This document shows positions 1-8,478 of a stretch of DNA of 52,844 nucleotides, in pieces. Source of the stretch: an uncultured Campylobacter sp. GTDB taxonomy: Bacteria; Campylobacterota; Campylobacteria; Campylobacterales; Campylobacteraceae. Position numbers and translations under genes: made by a program. The notes beneath the pieces were generated by a model. The model saw nothing but the letters and a program-made list of their open reading frames with translations, was not told the origin of the DNA and ran no database searches. Location of the stretch: positions 1-52,844 of the forward strand of contig NZ_CALIJA010000203.1 of the NCBI RefSeq assembly GCF_938017615.1, read 5' to 3'. Every line of letters starts with the position of its first letter. Within the stretch, counting starts at the first letter, position 1.

Positions 1-741
1 TGCGAAATCCTAATCTGCTAGGATACGAGGGTTTCAAAAAAACTTCTAAACCTATTATCCGATAAATTTAAAATCTCATTTAAAATTTCACAGTTTTACT
101 CGCTGCACACGCACAACGAAGCGGAGTTTTTCGCGGGCTTTGATTCGTCGCTTCTGCGCGAAAAAGCTTGCGCATACGTAAGCGACGCCGGCATGCCCTG
201 CATCAGCGATCCGGGAATTGCGCTCGTAAAATTTGCGCAACGAAGTGGCGTGCCTTACGAGGTGCTTAGCGGCGCAAACGCTCTGCTGCTCGCAGCCGCC
301 GCAAGCGGACTAGTGGAGAAAGAATTTAGCTTTTTAGGCTTTTTAAATAATGACGGCACGCAGCGCAAAGCTCAGATCCTAAATTTAATGCAAAGCCCCT
401 ATCCATGCGTACTTTATGAATCCCCAAAGCGCGTGATAAAGCTAATAGAGCAGATCGTGGGCATCGACGCGCGGCGCAAAATTTTTGCGATTAAGGAAGC
501 TACGAAAAAGTTTGAAACAAAATTTTTAGGTAGCGCCGCAGAAGTTTTGCTGAGCTTAAACGGCGCAAATTTAAACGGCGAATGGTGCGTCGTGATTGAC
601 GGCGCGGGCGAGAAAAGCTTTGAAAAAATCACACAAGAAGATATTCTCTCGCTTGAGATCGCGCCGAAAATAAAAGCGAAACTGCTCTCAAAAATCAGCG
701 GCGAACCCGCCAAAGAAATATATAAAAATTTGATACGCTAA
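1..741 (+). pseudogene. rsmI: 16S rRNA C1402 2'-O-methyltransferase RsmI, 5'-truncated by the window, with an in-frame TAG at 19-21 (possible pseudogene or sequence error)
   Basis: Frame 1 from base 1 reads CEILIC*DTRVSKKLL...YVSDAGMPCISDPG...LYESPKR...KEATKKFE...GEW. SDAGxPxISDPG and YESPxR are RsmI motifs. The usual CEDTR motif has TAG in place of Glu. Confidence 0.75.
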
Positions 742-776
742 GTCATATTTTAACCGTTTTTCGCTAAAATCCCAAA

Positions 777-1478
777 ATGATTATTTACGGCAAGCAGCTG
801 TTTTTGCACCTTTTAAACCGGCATCCGCAGAAATTTATCCGCATCATCCTTGCTAAGGAGTGCGAGAAAGAAATTTTTAAAAAGATCGCCGCGACCGGCG
901 TAAAGATCGAGCGTGCCGATGCGAAAAAAGCTCAAGCCCTCGCTCGCGGCGGCAATCATCAAGGCTTTTTGGCCGAGGTGGAGGAGTTTAGCTTCGGCGA
1001 TCTTGCTAGCGTCAAAGACGATAAATTCGTACCGATCCTTTATGGGCTTACCGACGTCGGAAACATCGGTGCGATAATGCGTAGCGCCTATGCTTTGGGC
1101 GTGGACAGCGTGATCGTCGTCGCAAATAATCTAAATATGGCGGGCGTAGTGCGCGCAAGCTCGGGCGCGGCGTATGAGCTAAACATCGTTAAGGTCGCAG
1201 ACGGGCTTAGCGTGCTAAATGAGCTTAAACAAAGCGGCTTTGAAATTTATGCCGCGAGTGCGGACGGGACGAACTTTAAGGAGTTAAAGCTCGGCGCGAA
1301 AAGCGCACTCGTAATGGGGAACGAAGAAGAGGGGATACCTGCTAGGGCGCTTAAAAAATGCGACTGCGCGGTATCAATAAAGATGCGCGAAGGCTGGGAC
1401 TCGCTTAACGTAAGCGCGGCATTTGCGATACTATGCGATGGAATTTTAAATGGAAGAAATAGAAGAGAAGTTAAATAA
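777..1478 (+). CDS. rlmB: 23S rRNA Gm2251 methyltransferase RlmB (TrmH/SPOUT family)
   Basis: NHQG, GNIGAIMRSA, LVMGNEEEG and DSLNVSAA SPOUT motifs. Confidence 0.9.
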   Translation: MIIYGKQLFLHLLNRHPQKFIRIILAKECEKEIFKKIAATGVKIERADAKKAQALARGGNHQGFLAEVEEFSFGDLASVKDDKFVPILYGLTDVGNIGAIMRSAYALGVDSVIVVANNLNMAGVVRASSGAAYELNIVKVADGLSVLNELKQSGFEIYAASADGTNFKELKLGAKSALVMGNEEEGIPARALKKCDCAVSIKMREGWDSLNVSAAFAILCDGILNGRNRREVK

Positions 1479-2469
1479 TACGGACGAGCAGGCGGAACAA
1501 ATCGAGAAGCCGGAGCAAACACAGCAGCCAAAAAGCAGCGATCTAGATAAATTAAAATCTATGGATCTGATAGAGATAGCGCGTACGACGCGCATCGACG
1601 CACAAAATTTAGAATATATCATCAACAAAGACTTCGAAAAACTTGCAAATTTTAACGTGAAGGGCTACATTAAAATTTTAGAGCGTGAGTTCGGGCTGGA
1701 TCTATCGGACTGGCTTAGCGAGTTTGAGGTCGCGAAGGAGAGCTTTGCGCCCGTTAAAAAGGCTAAAGTCGAGCAGGTCTATGGTCAAAGGGTCAGCCCT
1801 AACAAAAGCGGCGGCGGTTGGCTTTTATGGCTGCTTGCAATGGTATTAATCATAGGTGCAATCTTTTATTTCGGACTTTATAAAAGCTTCGGCGAATTTT
1901 TGGGCTCGCTTTTATGGGAACAAAACAAAACCACCTATTCTGACGCTCCGATTGTAAATAATACTCAAAAAAAGCTTGAAAACATCGGTATCGACGTCGT
2001 TTCACACAACGCTACAGATGAAAAATTCGCACTAAAGTCAGATGCCAATGCAGCCGCTGCTGTGGATGAAAATTTAAGCTCGCTAAACGCGCTGGACCGC
2101 TCTATCAGGATCGAGCGCGCGAGTGCCAAAACGGAGGAAAATTCCACCGACGAAAACGCCACGCAAAACAAACCCGCGCCGAGCAAAGATATCGTGCTTA
2201 GCCCGCGCGGTAAGATGTGGATAGGCATTATCGATCTAAAAAGTGGCAAGAAGCGCGAGATGGTCATAAATTCCCCTTACGTCGTCGCTTCGCAAGGAGA
2301 TGAGGAGCTGCTAATCTCTACCGGTCACGGGATGTTTGAGCTCGGTAAAGCCGATGGCAACGTAACTTTCAGCGAAAGAAACACTCAAAAATTTCACGTT
2401 AAAGATGGCAATATCACTAAAATTTCAGCCGATGAGTTTCTGCGCCTAAACAAGGGCAAGAAGTGGTAA
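1450..2469 (+). CDS. RodZ-like membrane protein (N-terminal HTH, single TM, periplasmic C-terminal domain)
   Basis: HTH_25-like N-terminus (IARTTRID...KGYIKILEREFGLD), one hydrophobic helix (WLLWLLAMVLIIGAIFYFG), beta-rich C-terminus (KMWIGIID). Confidence 0.7.
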   Translation: MEEIEEKLNNTDEQAEQIEKPEQTQQPKSSDLDKLKSMDLIEIARTTRIDAQNLEYIINKDFEKLANFNVKGYIKILEREFGLDLSDWLSEFEVAKESFAPVKKAKVEQVYGQRVSPNKSGGGWLLWLLAMVLIIGAIFYFGLYKSFGEFLGSLLWEQNKTTYSDAPIVNNTQKKLENIGIDVVSHNATDEKFALKSDANAAAAVDENLSSLNALDRSIRIERASAKTEENSTDENATQNKPAPSKDIVLSPRGKMWIGIIDLKSGKKREMVINSPYVVASQGDEELLISTGHGMFELGKADGNVTFSERNTQKFHVKDGNITKISADEFLRLNKGKKW

Positions 2470-2963
2470 AGCTCTCGCTCGTAGGGCTTTTACCGCCACC
2501 GAGAGTAAAATTTTGGCTTTCTGCGGCGAGTGCGACCTAAATTAAACCTAGGAGCGTAAATTTAAAGAGTTTTAAAATGCGCTGCCTTGGATAAAATTTC
2601 AAGTGGTGTATATAAAATTTTAAGCGGTGCGGGCACTTGCGGTAGAGCGCTAAATTTAAGAGGCGTCGTCCACGGCGCCGTGCAAAACGGAAGCTTTGAT
2701 TGTTATCGTTTTGATCGGACGTAAATTTAAACAGCGCCGCAAAGTGTCGCGACGCGATAAATTTAAACGATCAACGCCTCTGCGCCCCTGCGGTTTTAAA
2801 ATTTTAGCGAGGTAAAAGTTTAAATTGCCCGAGCAATATAAAAAGCGCCGCCGCATCGACGCTAAGGCTTGAAATTTTGCCTACGTGCGCACGCACAGAT
2901 CGCGCGTTAAGGCGCTAAATTTTAAATAAAGCTTGAAAATTACTTTAAGATAAGAGGTTTGAG

Positions 2964-4169
2964 ATGTTTGACGAAATTCGTTTTTCAAAAATCGAGCGTT
3001 TGCCCAATTACGTTTTTGCCGAGGTCAATGCCATAAAAATGGCGGCGCGCAGAGCCGGCGAAGATATAATCGATTTTTCGATGGGCAATCCCGACGGCAG
3101 GACGCCGCAGCATATAATCGACAAGCTTTGCGAAAGCGCGCAAAAGGACAAGACGCACGGCTACTCCGTAAGCCAGGGCATCTACAAGCTGCGACTTGCC
3201 TGCGCGAATTGGTACAAGCGTAAATATGGCGTGATCTTGGATCCTGAAAGCGAGATCGTCGCCGTGATGGGCTCTAAAGAGGGCTTCGTGCATTTAACTA
3301 GCGCGATCGTAAATCCGGGCGATGTCGCAGTGGTGCCCGATCCTGCGTATCCGATACATACTCAAGCTTTCATCATCGCGGGCGGCAACGTCGTTAAAAT
3401 CCCGCTTGCCTATGATGAGAATTTAAATTTTAACGAGAATAAATTTTTCATCGATCTGCAAAAAACCTTCGACGAGAGCATTCCGCGCCCAAAATACGTC
3501 GTCGTAAATTTCCCGCACAACCCCACCACCGTCGTCGTGCAAAAGAGCTTTTACGAGCGGCTCGTGGCAATGGCGCGGCAGGAGCGGTTTTATATTATCA
3601 GCGATATCGCTTACGCAGAGATCGCTTTTGATGATTACAAAACGCCGTCCATTTTTGAGGTTCAGGGTGCGAAGGATGTCGCAGTCGAGGCGTACACGCT
3701 CTCTAAAAGCTACAATATGGCGGGCTGGCGCGTGGGTTTTGTTAGCGGTAACAAAAAGCTCGTCGCCGCGCTTAAAAAGATCAAATCTTGGTTTGATTAC
3801 GGTATGTTTACGCCGATACAAGTAGCCGCCACGATCGCGCTGGACGGGCCGCAAGAGTGCGTAGAGGAGATCCGCGCGAGCTATGAGAAGCGTAGGAATT
3901 TTTTGATCGATGCTTTTGCGGACGCGGGCTGGGTGATCGCTAAACCTAGCGCGTCGATGTTTGCGTGGGCGAAATTGCCGCCAGCGGCGGCTCATCTAAG
4001 AAGCATGGAGTTTTCCAAGCAGCTTCTTACCAAGGCGCGCGTCGCCGTAAGTCCCGGCGTGGGCTTTGGCGCGGCGGGAGACGATTATGTACGGATCGCT
4101 TTTATCGAAAACGAAAACAGGATCCGCCAGGCCGCTAGAAATATAAAAAAATATTTGAAAGAGATTTGA
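2964..4169 (+). CDS. PLP-dependent class I/II aminotransferase (Campylobacterota LL-diaminopimelate aminotransferase/AlaC-like)
   Basis: NFPHNPT, DIAY and SKSYNMAGWRVG (PLP lysine) motifs; directly upstream of hom. Confidence 0.9.
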   Translation: MFDEIRFSKIERLPNYVFAEVNAIKMAARRAGEDIIDFSMGNPDGRTPQHIIDKLCESAQKDKTHGYSVSQGIYKLRLACANWYKRKYGVILDPESEIVAVMGSKEGFVHLTSAIVNPGDVAVVPDPAYPIHTQAFIIAGGNVVKIPLAYDENLNFNENKFFIDLQKTFDESIPRPKYVVVNFPHNPTTVVVQKSFYERLVAMARQERFYIISDIAYAEIAFDDYKTPSIFEVQGAKDVAVEAYTLSKSYNMAGWRVGFVSGNKKLVAALKKIKSWFDYGMFTPIQVAATIALDGPQECVEEIRASYEKRRNFLIDAFADAGWVIAKPSASMFAWAKLPPAAAHLRSMEFSKQLLTKARVAVSPGVGFGAAGDDYVRIAFIENENRIRQAARNIKKYLKEI

Positions 4170-5437
4170 TGAAGGTAGCGATTTTAGGCGTCGGCACCGT
4201 AGGTAGCGAAGTTGCAAACATTTTGATCAAAAACAAAGACATCATCCTTGCGCGCGCGGGCGTTAGCATAGAGCCCGTAATCGGGCTCGTGCGCGATACG
4301 AGCAAAAAAAGAGGCGTGCAAATTCCGCTTAGCAGCGACGTGCAAAGTATCATCGAGCGCGATGACATCGACGTTTTTGTAGAGCTTATGGGCGGGGTAG
4401 AAAAACCCTATGAGATCGTAAGTGAAATTTTAAAGCGCAAAAAGGCGGTCGTCACCGCAAATAAGGCGCTTTTGGCTTATCATCGCTACAAGCTCCAGGC
4501 TTTGGCGGGCGATACGCCTTTTGGCTTTGAGGCGAGCGTAGCGGGCGGAATTCCGATCATCAAAACCCTGCGCGAGGGACTAAGCGCCAATCGTATCGAA
4601 AAAATAATCGGCATCGTAAACGGCACGAGCAACTTCATCCTTACGAATATGATGCAAAAAAATGAGAAATTTGAGGACGCGCTAAAGCGAGCTCAAGAGC
4701 TCGGATACGCCGAAGCCGATCCTAGCTTCGACATCGGCGGATTCGACGCGGCGCACAAGCTTTTGATTTTAGCTAGCATCGCATACGGCGTGCACGGAGA
4801 TCCGGAAGATATCCTAATCGAGGGGATCGAGGAGATCACGCAGGAGGATATATATTTCGCGCGCGAATTTGATTTCATAATCAAGCTGCTTGCGGTGGCT
4901 AAGCGCGCGTGCGACAACAAAGTCGAGCTGCGCGTCCATCCTGCGCTCATTTCAAAGGATCAAATGCTCTCAAAAGTCGATGGCGTAATGAACGGCGTGA
5001 GCATCTACGGAGACTGCGTCGGCGAGAGTATGTATTACGGCCCTGGCGCGGGCGGAAGCGCTACGGCAAGCGCGGTTATAAGCGATCTCATCGACATCGC
5101 GCGCGATAACAAAAACCCGATGCTCGGCTATAAAATTTTGCCTAGTGAAAATTTTATGCAAATTCTGCCAAGCGAGCAGATCCGCACGAAGTATTATTTC
5201 AGGCTACGCGTGCGCGATGAGAAGGGCGTGCTTGCGAAGCTTACGAACATTATGAGTTTAAACGATCTTTCGATCGACAGCTTTTTGCAAAAGCCGAAGC
5301 TCAAAACGGACGAGGAAGTGACGCTGTTTTTCACGACGCATACATGCTGCGAGAAGGACATAAAGCGCGCTATAAGCGTGATTAGCGGCGAAAATTTCAT
5401 CACGCAAAAGCCTTTTATGATCAGGATAGAAAGTTAG
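4169..5437 (+). CDS. hom: homoserine dehydrogenase with C-terminal ACT domain
   Basis: GVGTVG, VTANKA, FEASVAGGIPII, GYAEADP, GPGAGG motifs; ATG overlaps the upstream TGA. Confidence 0.95.
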   Translation: MKVAILGVGTVGSEVANILIKNKDIILARAGVSIEPVIGLVRDTSKKRGVQIPLSSDVQSIIERDDIDVFVELMGGVEKPYEIVSEILKRKKAVVTANKALLAYHRYKLQALAGDTPFGFEASVAGGIPIIKTLREGLSANRIEKIIGIVNGTSNFILTNMMQKNEKFEDALKRAQELGYAEADPSFDIGGFDAAHKLLILASIAYGVHGDPEDILIEGIEEITQEDIYFAREFDFIIKLLAVAKRACDNKVELRVHPALISKDQMLSKVDGVMNGVSIYGDCVGESMYYGPGAGGSATASAVISDLIDIARDNKNPMLGYKILPSENFMQILPSEQIRTKYYFRLRVRDEKGVLAKLTNIMSLNDLSIDSFLQKPKLKTDEEVTLFFTTHTCCEKDIKRAISVISGENFITQKPFMIRIES

Positions 5438-5438
5438 C

Positions 5439-5782
5439 TTGAGCTTAAAAGAATATCTTTTCGGCTTTGCCTGCGAGGACCGTGCGGCGGAATTTTTACG
5501 CGGCGAAGGGTTTGAAATTTTAAAGCGAAATTTCCGCTGCCGCTTCGGCGAGATCGACATCGTCGCGCGCAAAGACGGGATTTTGCACTTCGTAGAAGTA
5601 AAGTAAAGGCCACGAGCGGCGATTATGACGCCGCAGAGCGCGTGACGGGCGCTAAGATGGCTAAAATTTTAAAGGCGGCGGAATTTTATCTGATGAGCTG
5701 CGATACGGACGAGCCGTGGCAGATCGACGTCGTGGAAGTTTATCCAAAGCAGATAAAATTTATCGCCAACATATCTTTTTAA
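5439..5782 (+). pseudogene. yraN: YraN (UPF0102) family nuclease-like protein, frameshifted
   Basis: TTG start gives MSLKEYLFGFACEDRAAEFL...RNFRCRFGEIDIVARKDGILHFVEVK then TAA (5604-5606). Removing one AAGTA copy of the tandem AAGTA-AAGTA at 5596-5605 restores a 112-aa ORF ending ...WQIDVVEVYPKQIKFIANISF*. Confidence 0.9.
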
Positions 5783-5806
5783 ATTAGAATTTTTAAGATA
5801 ATGAAC

Positions 5807-5812
5807 TATAAT
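5807..5812 (+). promoter_or_regulatory. probable sigma70 -10 box of trxA
   Basis: TATAAT about 30 nt upstream of the trxA start, followed by an AAGGAG RBS. Confidence 0.55.
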
Positions 5813-5841
5813 CCGCGGAATTTTAACACAAGGAGAACATT

Positions 5842-6156
5842 ATGGGAAAGTATATAGAGCTTACTTCGGAGAATTTCGACGTTATTAAAGAGGGTGTCGC
5901 GCTAGTCGATTTTTGGGCACCTTGGTGCGGGCCGTGCCGTATGATCGCCCCGATCATCGAGGAGCTTGCGAACGATTACGAGGGCAAGGCTAAAATTTGC
6001 AAAGTAAATACCGACGAAGCGCAGGATCTTGCGGTGCAATTCGGCGTCCGCTCGATCCCTACGATTCTATTTTTCAAAGACGGCGAGCTAAAAGCTCAGC
6101 TCATCGGCGCGCAATCTAAGCAGATCATAGCCGACAAACTAAACTCGCTTCTGTAA
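5842..6156 (+). CDS. trxA: thioredoxin
   Basis: WCGPC active site, 104 aa. Confidence 0.97.
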   Translation: MGKYIELTSENFDVIKEGVALVDFWAPWCGPCRMIAPIIEELANDYEGKAKICKVNTDEAQDLAVQFGVRSIPTILFFKDGELKAQLIGAQSKQIIADKLNSLL

Positions 6157-6162
6157 ATTTCA

Positions 6163-6189
6163 AAAGGGCGGCTTTCGCCCTTTCTTCTT
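6163..6189 (+). terminator. hairpin/terminator after trxA
   Basis: AAAGGGCG-gcttt-CGCCCTTT followed by cttctt. Confidence 0.6.
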
Positions 6190-6266
6190 CCACTCATCGT
6201 TTTATTAACTAAATTCGTAAATTTAACGCTCGCGACTTTACTTAATAAAATAATTAAGGAGAAAAA

Positions 6267-7211
6267 ATGTTAGATTTAGCAATTATCGGCGGCGGTCCTG
6301 CGGGGCTAGCGGCGGGGCTTTATGCTACAAGAGGCGGTTTAAAGGACGTCGTGATGTTTGAGATGGGGATGCCCGGCGGGCAGATCACTTCAAGCTCCGA
6401 GATGGAAAACTACCCCGGCGTCGCCGCAGTAACCGACGGGATGAGCTTTATGGCGCCTTGGCAGGAGCAGTGCTTCCGCTTTGGCTTAAAGCATGAGATG
6501 GTGCGCGTGCTGCGCGTCGCAAAAGACGGCGACGGAAATTTTACGATCTATCTCGAGGGCGATCAAACACGACGCGCGCGTGCCGTTATCGTCGCTACGG
6601 GCTCTACTCCGCGCCGCGCGGGGATCGAGGGCGAGGATGAGTTTTTCGGTCGCGGCGTCAGTACCTGCGCGACCTGCGACGGGTTTTTTTACAAGGGCAA
6701 AGAGGTTGCCGTCCTCGGCGGCGGCGATACTGCGCTAGAAGAAGCGCTGTATCTAGCCAAAATCTGCTCCAAAGTCTATCTGATCCACCGCAGGGATGAA
6801 TTTCGCGCTGCGCCTTCGACCGTGCAAAAGGTGCGCGAAAGTGAGAATATCGAGCTCATCACAAACGCGCTCGTAGAACAGATCAAGGGCGATGCAAGCG
6901 GCGTAACGGGCGTCGTAGTCAAAGACAAAACAAGCGGCGCCGCGCGCGAACTGCAGCTGCCTGGGATCTTCGTATTCGTGGGGCTTGACGTGCGAAACGA
7001 GGTGCTAAAAGACGAAAGCGGTAAGTTCATCTGCGATGTCACGCCCGGCGGGCAGGTCGCGGTAAATTTAAAGATGCAAACAAGCGTACACGGGCTATTT
7101 GCAGCGGGCGATATGAGGCAGGATGCGCCTAAGCAGGTCGTTTGCGCGGCAGGTGACGGCGCGGTTGCTGCACTTAGCGCGATCGCGTATCTACAAGGAT
7201 ACGATAAATAA
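6267..7211 (+). CDS. trxB: thioredoxin-disulfide reductase
   Basis: [21 protein letters not shown] and FAAGD motifs. Confidence 0.97.
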   Translation: MLDLAIIGGGPAGLAAGLYATRGGLKDVVMFEMGMPGGQITSSSEMENYPGVAAVTDGMSFMAPWQEQCFRFGLKHEMVRVLRVAKDGDGNFTIYLEGDQTRRARAVIVATGSTPRRAGIEGEDEFFGRGVSTCATCDGFFYKGKEVAVLGGGDTALEEALYLAKICSKVYLIHRRDEFRAAPSTVQKVRESENIELITNALVEQIKGDASGVTGVVVKDKTSGAARELQLPGIFVFVGLDVRNEVLKDESGKFICDVTPGGQVAVNLKMQTSVHGLFAAGDMRQDAPKQVVCAAGDGAVAALSAIAYLQGYDK

Positions 7212-7237
7212 ACCTATCTTCGGAGCAAAATTTCACG

Positions 7238-7386
7238 GCGCGGCATGCGAAATTGCTTCCGCCGCGCTTTTTAAATTTAAAAGCCCGCGTCAAATTTGAA
7301 TGAAATAATGAAATTTTGACGCAAGGCGGCTCAAATTTAAAATTTCGTCAAATTGAGCCGCAAAATAATGCTATCGTCTTTTGCGG
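7238..7386. repeat. cluster of tandem short inverted repeats between convergent genes
   Basis: GCGCGGC/GCCGCGC (7238-7267), GCGTCAAA/TTTGACGC (7287-7322), GCGGCTCAA/TTGAGCCGC (7326-7361), CCGCAAAA/TTTTGCGG (7358-7386), interleaved with AAATTT. Confidence 0.6.
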
Positions 7387-7431
7387 AAACGCTTCCGAGC
7401 CGAAACGTCTTTTAAAAATTCAGATAAAATT

Positions 7432-8211
7432 TTATTGTCTTTCGTAGAAAGTTGCAAGGGCGTCTTCCGCCGTTTTTCTATTATTAAATGCCGATCTTAT
7501 CTTAATAACATCATCAATTATATCTTTAGTCACTATAAATTTATCCGATAAACTTACGCTCTTATCGGCATTCACGATAAAATTTAATTCGATCGCAGCC
7601 TGTGGCGGCAGCTCTGCTGCCCTTCCAAGCTGTAGCCTTATTTGGCTAGGCGTTAGCTGCGAATAATAAGCGACGTCTTCTAATGAATCAATAATATTAC
7701 TCATATAAATCGCAGAAGTTTTTGGTTCACCATCCTTTAGTATTTCATCTTTTAATTTATCGTCGCAATCAACTGGCTTTTTTTGAAATGAGTAATCTAT
7801 TTTGCCTCTGTCTTTGAGCTCCTCTTGAAATTTCGTCTCATTTATTTTGCAATGTTCATTTGCCAATTTAAGTAAACGCTGTTGTTTATCATCAGATTTA
7901 TCTTTATAGAAAAGCACGGCACCTCTTAAAGACGTGTTTAGCATAGCCTCTTTATATTTTTTGTTAAAGGCATCTACATCGACCTTTACTTTCTCCATAT
8001 CCACGTCGCAGACCATCTTAACCGTCTTTAATCCGCCGTTTTCCTCTTTGCTCCACGTGATATTTTTGCAGATTTTCGAACCCTCGATCGCCGTACCGAT
8101 ATTCATCGATTTGAAATCCGGCAGGGTGTAGTTTTTCACAAGCCCCACATCGTCATCGCCGCATCCTGCAAAAATAAATGCCGCAAGCGCAGCACCTAAC
8201 GTATATTTCAT
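7432..8211 (-). CDS. hypothetical lipoprotein
   Basis: Start at 8211 with an AAAGGAG RBS; MKYTLGAALAAFIFAGC lipobox; no recognised domain. Confidence 0.75.
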   Translation of the reverse strand: MKYTLGAALAAFIFAGCGDDDVGLVKNYTLPDFKSMNIGTAIEGSKICKNITWSKEENGGLKTVKMVCDVDMEKVKVDVDAFNKKYKEAMLNTSLRGAVLFYKDKSDDKQQRLLKLANEHCKINETKFQEELKDRGKIDYSFQKKPVDCDDKLKDEILKDGEPKTSAIYMSNIIDSLEDVAYYSQLTPSQIRLQLGRAAELPPQAAIELNFIVNADKSVSLSDKFIVTKDIIDDVIKIRSAFNNRKTAEDALATFYERQ

Positions 8212-8352
8212 CTTCGCTCCTTTGAGATAAATTTTAAAAATAGTGCTACCCCCTCCCCGCTTAAACATGTATAAATTTAGAGCTGAAATTTGAGATAAAT
8301 TTAGGGAGCGTTAGAGATCGAGAATGCAAAAGTGAAATTTAATGAAAGAATT

Positions 8353-8450
8353 TGGCGAGAGAGGGAGGGAATCGAACCCCCCGGAAAACGGTCAACCGCC
8401 CTCCTATCGGATTTGAAGTCCGCAGACGCCACCAGGTCGCCATCCTCTCC
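8353..8450 (-). tRNA. selC: tRNA-Sec (anticodon UCA)
   Basis: Reverse complement is GGAGAGGATGGCGACCTGGTGGCGTCTGCGGACTTCAAATCCGATAGGAGGGCGGTTGACCGTTTTCCGGGGGGTTCGATTCCCTCCCTCTCTCGCCA: 98 nt, UCA anticodon, long variable arm, TTCGA loop, G73-CCA. Confidence 0.95.
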
Positions 8451-8460
8451 AAACGGCACA

Positions 8461-8468
8461 ATTATAGC
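8461..8468 (-). promoter_or_regulatory. probable -10 box of selC
   Basis: gcTATAAT on the minus strand 10 nt upstream of the tRNA 5' end. Confidence 0.55.
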
Positions 8469-8478
8469 GAGATAAAAT

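Noticed and set aside
19..21. Genome-wide TAG reassignment
   Set aside because: TAG is the normal stop of hom, obgE, atpD and tolA at expected lengths, and the tRNA at 37076 has anticodon CUG, not CUA.
8249..8258. Phase-variable poly-G tract upstream of the lipoprotein gene
   Set aside because: The run CCCCCTCCCC is interrupted; the longest homopolymer is 5, too short for typical Campylobacter contingency loci.
7212..8352. Integrative element at selC
   Set aside because: Only one gene follows the tRNA; no integrase and no duplicated tRNA 3' end was found in the window.
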